A stretch of DNA of 5,756 nucleotides, taken from positions 1 to 5,756 of the forward strand of contig PEXK01000036.1 of assembly GCA_002779075.1 (NCBI GenBank), given 5' to 3'. A program made the position numbers and the translations under genes. Shown here one piece after another: positions 1 through 5,208 of the stretch (position 1 is its first letter; each line of letters begins with the position of its first letter). Under the pieces are notes generated by a model. It was not told the origin of the DNA. It did not search any database and saw only the letters and a program-made list of their open reading frames with translations. This DNA is from Candidatus Diapherotrites archaeon CG08_land_8_20_14_0_20_30_16. GTDB taxonomy: Archaea; Iainarchaeota; Iainarchaeia; Iainarchaeales; 0-14-0-20-30-16.

Positions 1-94
1 CAACTGGGTCATAAATATCCCTTTTATATTTATGGAAACTGTTGTAAATTTCTGATTATTTTGGAAGAAATTTAGCAACTGGGTCATAAATATC
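1..94. repeat. Perfect 19-bp direct repeat CAACTGGGTCATAAATATC at 1-19 and 76-94 (75-bp period); the left copy touches the window edge
   Basis: Read directly from the sequence. Flanks diverge immediately 3' of both copies (CCTTTT vs AGCTAA); the 5' flank of copy 1 lies outside the window. Several frames are open across it on both strands, so coding status is unresolved. Confidence 0.85.
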
Positions 95-161
95 AGCTAA
101 CATCAGTTTTTTTAAATAATATATATAAAGAGTATATAAATCTTTATATATTAATCCTTAC

Positions 162-842
162 CTATTTTCGAACTAAGTCTTTGAACTTATCTTTAAGAAG
201 ATAGACTATCAAAGATACTATCAAAGACAGACCAATAATAAAGGCTTCTAGCCAATTATTGAAGTCTATTAAACCAGCACCTATAAGAGTCAATACAATA
301 AAACTGGGAATCCTGCCCACAACAGTCACTAAAAGGAATGTAGACAGCTTCATTTTAGTTAATCCTGCAATAAAACAAAGGGTATCATCAGGGAAACCAG
401 GCAAAACAAAAATCCAGAACAGAATGTAAGGGCCATTCTTTTCAGCAATGGAATCAAACCATTCCAAACTGTCTTTTTTAAAGACTTTATTAACAAAAGG
501 TCGCCCTAGCACTCGTGCAATCAGGAAAGCTAAAACAGAACCAATTGTAACTCCTATCAAAGTGTAGAGACAGCCAAACCAAAAGCCAAAAATATAGCCA
601 CTAACCAAAAAAGTAATCTGGCCAGGGATTGGCGGAAGCAGGACTTGAACAATCTGAATGAGAATCATTGCCAAAGGTGCAAATACTCCCATACCTTTTA
701 TAAAATTTAATAAATAATCAATGTCTAAAATGCCTTTAAAGTAGGTTTTTATTAAAAAAAAACAGACAATAAACAAAATAATCAAGACTAACAAAACCAA
801 TATTGCTTTATTTCTTTTTTCTTTAGATGCAAAAAGCGACAT
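162..842 (-). CDS. DedA / TVP38-TMEM64 (SNARE-associated) family integral membrane protein
   Basis: 226-aa ORF, ATG at 842..840, TAG stop. It has multiple hydrophobic helices and family-typical motifs: LPPIPGQITFLVSGYIFGFWFG, GSVLAFLIARVLGRPFV and VLPGFPDDTLCFIAGLTKM. Confidence 0.85.
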   Translation of the reverse strand: MSLFASKEKRNKAILVLLVLIILFIVCFFLIKTYFKGILDIDYLLNFIKGMGVFAPLAMILIQIVQVLLPPIPGQITFLVSGYIFGFWFGCLYTLIGVTIGSVLAFLIARVLGRPFVNKVFKKDSLEWFDSIAEKNGPYILFWIFVLPGFPDDTLCFIAGLTKMKLSTFLLVTVVGRIPSFIVLTLIGAGLIDFNNWLEAFIIGLSLIVSLIVYLLKDKFKDLVRK

Positions 843-863
843 AAAACTAAAACATACAAAAGG

Positions 864-872
864 TTTTTATAA
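864..872. promoter_or_regulatory. TATA-box-like element TTTTTATAA (contains palindromic TTATAA), central in the 50-nt gap between the divergent DedA and beta-CASP genes
   Basis: It is the only strong TATA-like element between start codons 842 (-) and 893 (+). It lies about 24-28 nt from both, the spacing expected for archaeal TATA-to-TSS with leaderless or near-leaderless mRNAs. Inference only. Confidence 0.4.
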
Positions 873-892
873 CATCTTTTTGTCTATGGTAT

Positions 893-1888
893 ATGTTAAA
901 GATTAAACATTGTCACAATATAATTGTTGAACAGGATGCTAATTCGATATCAATAGATCCAATACAAAAGCAAAACAATCTCCAATTAAACTTTATAACG
1001 CATGCACACAAAGATCATTTTGGACAAACAACCCCTTTAAATTCCAGATATTTGTCAACAGAACCAACATTAGAAATAATAAATAATATCTTTGAAGCAA
1101 AAAAACAAGGAAAGATTATAGAATATAACAAAACATATACACAAGATGATTTCCAATATAAAATAAAAAACTCAGGACACGTTTTGGGAAGCTACAGCTT
1201 GGTTTTTGAGTATAATGGAACAAAAATCACAATTACAAGCGATATAAATACAAAAGATTCAACAACAACAAAAGCAACCTTGCCGGAAGATACAGACATA
1301 TTGATAATTGAAAGCACATATGGATCAGAGAAAGATGTTTTTCCTGACAGAACAAAAGAATATACCCGATTAATAAAATGGGTTTTACTGAATAGGTTAA
1401 ATGGCAAATTACCAATTATTGCATCATACACTTTAGGCAAGACTCAGGAAATAGTAAAATTAATTTCTGACAATACTAATTTGAATATAGGTTTGACAAA
1501 TGATGCTCACAACATATGTGATATTTATTCCAAATATGGTGTAGATCTAAAAAATTATTTTAAAGTAAATGGAAACATAAACGATTTGGATTTGCTGGTT
1601 TTACCACCACAAAAAATAACAAAAACTTATATTGATGCAATTTCAACAACAAGCAAGAAAAACATTGTTTTTGCATCAACTACTGGAAATTGCAACAACT
1701 TTGGGGAACGGTTTTTAATTTCAGATCACTGCGATGTAAATGGTTTGCTTAATTATATAGAGCAAAGCAATGCAAAACAAGTTTACACATATCACGGCAA
1801 AGATACAGAGTTTGCAAACATAGTAAACAAAAAATTAGGTTGTTATTCCAAAGCATTAAAAGATATTAAATGTTTGGAAGTTGTTTAA
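893..1888 (+). CDS. Compact beta-CASP family metallo-beta-lactamase-fold nuclease (COG1236-like)
   Basis: 331-aa ORF. MBL motifs appear in order: ISIDP (motif 1 Asp), HAHKDH (HxHxDH), NSGHVLGS (motif 3 His), ITITSDIN (motif 4 Asp) and IIESTYG. The beta-CASP part follows: YTLGKTQEI (motif A region), ISDHCD (motif B His) and YTYHG (motif C His). No KH or other extra domains. Confidence 0.8.
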   Translation: MLKIKHCHNIIVEQDANSISIDPIQKQNNLQLNFITHAHKDHFGQTTPLNSRYLSTEPTLEIINNIFEAKKQGKIIEYNKTYTQDDFQYKIKNSGHVLGSYSLVFEYNGTKITITSDINTKDSTTTKATLPEDTDILIIESTYGSEKDVFPDRTKEYTRLIKWVLLNRLNGKLPIIASYTLGKTQEIVKLISDNTNLNIGLTNDAHNICDIYSKYGVDLKNYFKVNGNINDLDLLVLPPQKITKTYIDAISTTSKKNIVFASTTGNCNNFGERFLISDHCDVNGLLNYIEQSNAKQVYTYHGKDTEFANIVNKKLGCYSKALKDIKCLEVV

Positions 1889-1896
1889 TTTAAAGA

Positions 1897-2121
1897 TTAT
1901 AGTAATTTCTCAAATTCTTCCCTTGATAATTTTAAATCGTCTTTTATAATCTTATTTAATAATCCTACAGGAATATCTTTGTTAGAATGAAATGGAATAG
2001 TAAATATTCTGCCATCAGAATGAGTAAATGTTTTGTGTGATCCTTTTTGTCTAATTTCAATAAATTCTAAAGATTCTACAATTTTAATTAACTTTGATGG
2101 ACTTATTGAAACTAATTTCAA
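1897..2121 (-). CDS. hicA: HicA-family mRNA interferase toxin (HicA1)
   Basis: 74 aa with the HicA signature RQKGSHKTFTHSDGRIFTIPFHSNKDIPVGLLNKIIKD. It starts at TTG (2121..2119), overlapping the hicB1 TGA stop as TTGA. The TTG aligns exactly with the ATG of the paralogue at 3400 (MKL...). Confidence 0.85.
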   Translation of the reverse strand: MKLVSISPSKLIKIVESLEFIEIRQKGSHKTFTHSDGRIFTIPFHSNKDIPVGLLNKIIKDDLKLSREEFEKLL

Positions 2122-2348
2122 ACAGACACCTTTACTAAACCAAAAACCTCGTTGTTGCTAATAAATTCGTTCTTTTCCTTTAATACTTCTAAATGTAAAG
2201 ATATTGCTTCTTTCATATTCTCCACAAGCCCTTCTAAAGTATCAGCATAAGAATAACACCCTGGTAATAAAGGCACTGTAGCATAATATTGTCCTGTTTC
2301 TGTTTCTTTTTCTATAACTACTTCATAAACTCCAACCATAATAATCAC
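2118..2348 (-). CDS. hicB: HicB-like (UPF0150-type) antitoxin, short form without a DNA-binding domain (HicB1)
   Basis: 76-aa ORF from GTG 2348, or 73 aa from ATG 2339. It has the motif YYATVPLLPGCYSYADTLEGLVENMKEAISLHLE typical of HicB/UPF0150 and sits directly upstream of, and overlapping, hicA1. Confidence 0.85.
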   Translation of the reverse strand: MIIMVGVYEVVIEKETETGQYYATVPLLPGCYSYADTLEGLVENMKEAISLHLEVLKEKNEFISNNEVFGLVKVSV

Positions 2349-2369
2349 TATATATTATTAGTCTAAAGT

Positions 2370-2378
2370 AAATATAAG
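2370..2378 (-). promoter_or_regulatory. TATA-like element (CTTATATTT on the minus strand) upstream of hicB1
   Basis: Its centre is about 26 nt upstream of GTG 2348, within the 49-nt gap after the EndoIII-like stop. A purine-rich AAAAG lies just upstream (BRE-like). Confidence 0.35.
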
Positions 2379-2397
2379 CTTTTCCATCTTTGTAGCC

Positions 2398-3123
2398 TTA
2401 TAAAATCCCCTTAAAATTTGCACATAATCTTCTTATTGTACATTTATTACACTTAGGTTTTTTAGTACAGAATCTTTTTGCATGTTCAACAATCAATGCA
2501 TGATATTCTTTGTACATTCTATAATCTTTTGGCAAATTGGTTTCAAATAATTTCTGCACACTTTCGTAGCTTAAATCTTTTGTTAAACCCAGTCTCTGCA
2601 CTAATCTTTTTGTATATGCATCAACAACAAAAATTGGTTTTTCTAAAGCATACAAAAGAATGCTGTCTGTTGTTTCTGGACCTATTCCTTTTACACTCAA
2701 AAATTTATTTCTCAATTGTTTAGTATCTGTTTTTTTAAGTGTAGAAAATTTATTTATCTTAAGAAACTCTGCAACAGTTTTCAGCTTGATTGCTTTTTGA
2801 TTATAATATCCTGAACTTCTAATTGCTTCTGCAAGATTTTTTTGTGGAGAGTTAAGAATTTCATTAACATTAAGTAAGCTTTTACTGTTTAGTGTGTAGA
2901 TTGCTTTCTCAACATTTTTCCAAGATGTGTTTTGTGTTAAAATTGCACCAACAATAATTTCAAATCTTCTTTTATTTGTATTTGGTTTTTTGCCAGAATG
3001 CTCTGGAATAAATTTATATTTTTCAGTCAAAGGCCACCACCCCTGGGGGCCATATTCTAAATATAGCAAAGAATATATTCTTGTTATTTTATTTGACATA
3101 CTATAATGATAATCAATTTGCAT
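2398..3123 (-). CDS. EndoIII-related HhH-GPD superfamily protein with a C-terminal four-Cys (Fe-S type) cluster, COG2231-like; probable DNA glycosylase
   Basis: 241-aa ORF (an alternative ATG at 3099 gives MSNKITRIY...). N-terminal YGPQGWWP and ILTQNTSW motifs are present, and the helix-hairpin-helix is LSVKGIGPETTDSILLYAL. The conserved Asp lies in FVVDAYTKRL, 20 residues after GIG, matching the spacing in E. coli Nth. The C-terminus carries CTKKPKCNKCTIRRLC. Confidence 0.85.
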   Translation of the reverse strand: MQIDYHYSMSNKITRIYSLLYLEYGPQGWWPLTEKYKFIPEHSGKKPNTNKRRFEIIVGAILTQNTSWKNVEKAIYTLNSKSLLNVNEILNSPQKNLAEAIRSSGYYNQKAIKLKTVAEFLKINKFSTLKKTDTKQLRNKFLSVKGIGPETTDSILLYALEKPIFVVDAYTKRLVQRLGLTKDLSYESVQKLFETNLPKDYRMYKEYHALIVEHAKRFCTKKPKCNKCTIRRLCANFKGIL

Positions 3124-3146
3124 TTAAATTTAACTAAAAAGATACT

Positions 3147-3154
3147 AATTTAAA
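3147..3154. promoter_or_regulatory. TATA-like element AATTTAAA (contains palindromic TTTAAA), central in the 52-nt gap between the divergent EndoIII-like gene and hicB2
   Basis: It lies about 25-28 nt from both the ATG at 3123 (-) and the GTG at 3176 (+). A second AATTTAA copy and the 10-bp palindrome TTAAATTTAA lie at 3124-3133. Confidence 0.4.
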
Positions 3155-3175
3155 CTCTTTGCACATTATTTTTAT

Positions 3176-3403
3176 GTGATTGTTATGGAAAGAACATTTA
3201 ATATTATTATAGAAAAGGGGGAAAGCGGTTACTACATTTCAGAAGTAATAGGATTACCCGGGTGCCATACACAAGCAACAACAATAGATGAATTAATAAA
3301 TAGAACTAAAGAAGCAATACTACTTTATTTAGAAGTAAATCAAGAAGCTCTTTATCCTACCACACAATTTCTTGAATTACAACAAATAAAAGTGACCGCA
3401 TGA
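3176..3403 (+). CDS. hicB: HicB-like (UPF0150-type) antitoxin, short form (HicB2)
   Basis: 75 aa from GTG 3176, or 72 aa from ATG 3185. It has the motif YYISEVIGLPGCHTQATTIDELINRTKEAILLYLE and is about one-third identical to HicB1 by eye. Its TGA stop overlaps the downstream hicA-like ATG as ATGA. Confidence 0.85.
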   Translation: MIVMERTFNIIIEKGESGYYISEVIGLPGCHTQATTIDELINRTKEAILLYLEVNQEALYPTTQFLELQQIKVTA

Positions 3404-3645
3404 AATTACCTCTTTTAAATGCAAAAAAATTACAAAAGGCAATAGAAAAACTAGGATACTAATTTGTTAGACAAAAAGGAAGTCACATGTTCTTTAGACA
3501 TCCTAATGGCAATACAACTGTAATACCCAATCATTCTGGAGAAAAAATAGATCTGGGATTATTACTGAAAATAATTAAAAAAGATTTGGGAATTACAAGA
3601 GATGAGTTTTTAGAAAAAATAAAAAACATTTTAATCCTTCTTTAA
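3400..3645 (+). pseudogene. hicA: HicA-family toxin gene (HicA2) interrupted by an in-frame TAA at 3460-3462
   Basis: Manual translation from ATG 3400 gives MKLPLLNAKKLQKAIEKLGY*FVRQKGSHMFFRHPNGNTTVIPNHSGEKIDLGLLLKIIKKDLGITRDEFLEKIKNILILL*. It is colinear with HicA1 (about 45% identical by eye) on both sides of the stop, with no frameshift. The ORF track lists nothing here because both pieces fall below its length cutoff. Confidence 0.75.
3614..3626 (-). terminator. Oligo-T tract (TTTTTTATTTTTT on the minus strand) about 20-30 nt downstream of the Mth938-like gene stop
   Basis: A6-T-A6 on the plus strand gives T6-A-T6 on the minus strand. Archaeal termination uses oligo-T tracts. The tract lies inside the 3' end of the hicA2 remnant. 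Confidence 0.35.
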
Positions 3646-4017
3646 TCAACACGTAGTATGCAATATTGCAACATATTTTCTTTTCTCTTTCAAAATATCC
3701 TGCAATATTTGGGATGTTGGTTTTATTACAACAGTTTTGCATTTGCTTAGCATCTGTTCAGCTTCTTTTGTAATTGGCATTGCTCCAGACTGCCCATTAC
3801 CTATGTAAATAATATCAAACTCTTTACCATCTAAATACAGTAGTAATTCTTTATTTGATAATGGAGTATGGCCATATTCTGCAGTCAAGGGTTCTGATAA
3901 TGATTTATTCCTTTGCTCAATATAACCTTTAGAATTCAGAATAATATCATAATCATATCTTTTGTTATTCACATCAATCCAGCCAAACCCTGTTTTAAGA
4001 GATTTTATTTTATTCAT
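3646..4017 (-). CDS. Mth938-like / DUF498 family protein
   Basis: From ATG 4017 the product is MNKIKSLKTGFGWIDVNNKRYDYDIIL...IIYIGNGQSGAMPI...VAILHTTC. This matches, from memory, the layout of the Mth938 family: an N-terminal GFG-x-I-x-V/I-x-G-K-x-Y-x-x-D-V/I-I, a G-x-G motif and a C-terminal H-x-T-C. The track ORF extends to a TTG at 4077, which would overlap the divergent GTPase gene by 18 nt and add 20 residues not expected for the family. Confidence 0.75.
   Translation of the reverse strand: MNKIKSLKTGFGWIDVNNKRYDYDIILNSKGYIEQRNKSLSEPLTAEYGHTPLSNKELLLYLDGKEFDIIYIGNGQSGAMPITKEAEQMLSKCKTVVIKPTSQILQDILKEKRKYVAILHTTC
3676..3690 (+). terminator. T-rich tract TTTTCTTTTCTCTTT about 30 nt downstream of the hicB2/hicA2 unit
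   Basis: Read directly; it lies inside the 3' end of the convergent Mth938-like gene. Weak, position-based call. Confidence 0.3.
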
Positions 4018-4036
4018 ATCAAAATAATTAGAACTG

Positions 4037-4046
4037 TTTAAAAAAG
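4037..4046. promoter_or_regulatory. TATA-like element TTTAAAAAAG (contains palindromic TTTAAA), central between the divergent Mth938-like and Nog1-like genes
   Basis: It lies about 22 nt from ATG 4017 (-), about 20 nt from ATG 4060 (+) and about 26 nt from the second ATG at 4066 (+). Confidence 0.35.
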
Positions 4047-4059
4047 ATATCTCTTTAAG

Positions 4060-5109
4060 ATGTATATGAGTTTTCAAAAAGGATTTTATATACCAAAAGT
4101 AGAAGAACTAATTGACAATGCTTTTAAGAAAGCTAGAGATGAAGCAAGCAAAGTGCAGGAAAGAGATTTCAATAGAAGAATTATTGAAAAGGAAAAAACA
4201 CGTGTTAAAATTGCTTCTGAAGAAATTACTGGCACTTTGAAAAACATTGCAAACAAATTTCCAAATATAAGTGAATTGAATCCTTTGTATAAATCTCTTT
4301 TAGCAAACTCTCTGGATATAATACAGTTAAAAAAAGCATTATCACATTTGATGTCGTCATCAAGAACCTGCGATGAATTGAAAACCCAGTTTCTAGCTGC
4401 TATGTTTAGAGTGCAAAACAAAAATGGAATCTCTAAATACAGGAACGAGTTTTACGGCAGGCTGGTTTCTGTTGTAAAAAGATGTAAAGCCTCTTTTGAA
4501 ATAATAAAAAATGCAATGAAAAATATGGCAGAGATTCCTAAAATAAAAAACCTGCCAACAATACTTTTAATAGGTTGCCCAAATACAGGTAAAAGTACTT
4601 TTTTGAAAGCAGTAACAAGTGCAAATGTAGAAATACAAAGCTATCCATTTACAACAAAAAGATTGCAGGTTGGAATGCTAACTGAAAAATTTTTGGAGTT
4701 CCAATTATTAGATTCTCCAGGACTTCTTGATAGACCCGAAGAAAAACAAAATAATATAGAAAAGCAAACAACACTCGCTTTGAAAACAATTGCAGATTCT
4801 CTGATTTTCATTATTGGTGCAAACGAAAATATAAATAACCAGATAAATATTCTTAAAAGGTTCAAGAAAGAAATTAAGTACAAGCCTTTTTTTATTGTTA
4901 TCAACAAGATTGATCTAGTCGATATGGGGGAGTTAAAGGAAATAGAATCTGCATTAAAAAACTATTTGCCCCAAAAAACCACCCTCTTTAAATTATCACT
5001 AAATAAGGCTAAGGAACAAGAATTAAAAGAAATAAAAGATGAAATCTATAACTTAAACAAGAGCTGGTACACAAAAAAAGGAAAAGAAAACATTAAATCT
5101 GTTTTTTAA
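4060..5109 (+). CDS. Nog1-type (archaeal Nog1/DRG-like) GTP-binding protein
   Basis: 349 aa with an N-terminal helical Nog1-like region (VEELIDNAFKKARDEA...). The G domain has G1 GCPNTGKST, G2 YPFTTK, G3 DSPGLLDRP and G4 NKID. The start may instead be ATG 4066 (MSFQK...). Confidence 0.85.
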   Translation: MYMSFQKGFYIPKVEELIDNAFKKARDEASKVQERDFNRRIIEKEKTRVKIASEEITGTLKNIANKFPNISELNPLYKSLLANSLDIIQLKKALSHLMSSSRTCDELKTQFLAAMFRVQNKNGISKYRNEFYGRLVSVVKRCKASFEIIKNAMKNMAEIPKIKNLPTILLIGCPNTGKSTFLKAVTSANVEIQSYPFTTKRLQVGMLTEKFLEFQLLDSPGLLDRPEEKQNNIEKQTTLALKTIADSLIFIIGANENINNQINILKRFKKEIKYKPFFIVINKIDLVDMGELKEIESALKNYLPQKTTLFKLSLNKAKEQELKEIKDEIYNLNKSWYTKKGKENIKSVF

Positions 5110-5121
5110 TTAGGCAAAATA

Positions 5122-5133
5122 TTTTTATTCTTT
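5122..5133 (+). terminator. Oligo-T tract TTTTTATTCTTT 13 nt downstream of the GTPase stop
   Basis: Read directly; its position is consistent with an archaeal oligo-T terminator. Confidence 0.3.
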
Positions 5134-5180
5134 CATGGCGATCTTAAGAATGATGCAGATACTTCAAAAAACCGAAAAGC

Positions 5181-5190
5181 ATATAATAAA
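5181..5190 (+). promoter_or_regulatory. TATA-like element ATATAATAAA about 24 nt upstream of the AbiEi-like ATG
   Basis: It is preceded by a purine-rich CGAAAAG (BRE-like), and the spacing fits a leaderless mRNA starting at 5209. Confidence 0.3.
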
Positions 5191-5208
5191 CAATTTGTTT
5201 ATTATAGT

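Noticed and set aside
1-94. The 19-bp repeat as a CRISPR array or as att/target-site duplication of a mobile element
   Set aside because: Only two copies are visible and the single 56-nt spacer-sized gap is longer than usual. There are no cas genes and no integrase or transposase. The interval is also far too short to hold an inserted element.
1192-1440. Minus-strand ORFs of 82 aa (1192-1440) and 60 aa (1233-1415) inside the beta-CASP gene
   Set aside because: They are antisense shadow ORFs lying entirely within a well-supported CDS. Their products are low-complexity, hydrophobic or Leu/Ile-rich translations typical of AT-rich antisense frames, with no recognisable motifs.
2478-2723. 81-aa plus-strand ORF inside the EndoIII-like gene
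   Set aside because: It is an antisense shadow ORF within a motif-supported CDS, and no family resemblance is visible.
3032-3051. A locally GC-rich near-palindrome, GGCCACCACCCCTGGGGGCC
   Set aside because: It lies inside the EndoIII-like CDS and simply encodes the conserved GPQGWWP motif on the minus strand. The CCCC-T-GGGG core cannot form a meaningful hairpin.
3460-3462. The possibility that the in-frame TAA in hicA2 (and the one at 58..56 in a minus-strand frame near the left edge) reflects stop-codon reassignment
   Set aside because: TAA terminates the beta-CASP, HicA1, EndoIII-like and hicA2 reading frames at lengths and C-termini typical of their families. TAG and TGA also act as stops here (DedA; HicB1, HicB2, Mth938-like). 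A standard code with a nonsense mutation is the simpler explanation.
1897-3645. The inverted hicBA pairs as terminal inverted repeats of a composite transposon carrying the glycosylase gene
   Set aside because: The paralogues are only about 33-45% identical at protein level, so there is no extended nucleotide-level inverted repeat. No transposase or recombinase gene is present.
4018-4077. TTG start at 4077 for the Mth938-like gene, as given by the ORF track
   Set aside because: It would overlap the divergent GTPase start by 18 nt and remove any promoter space. It would also add a 20-residue N-terminal extension not expected for Mth938-type proteins. ATG 4017 gives a family-typical N-terminus (..GFGWIDVNNKRYDYD..).
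4086-4421. 111-aa minus-strand ORF inside the Nog1-like GTPase gene
   Set aside because: It is an antisense shadow ORF. The GTPase frame carries an ordered N-terminal Nog1-like region and G1-G4 motifs, while the antisense product has none.
4641-4907. 88-aa minus-strand ORF inside the GTPase G domain
   Set aside because: It is an antisense shadow ORF overlapping the G2-G4 motifs of the real gene.
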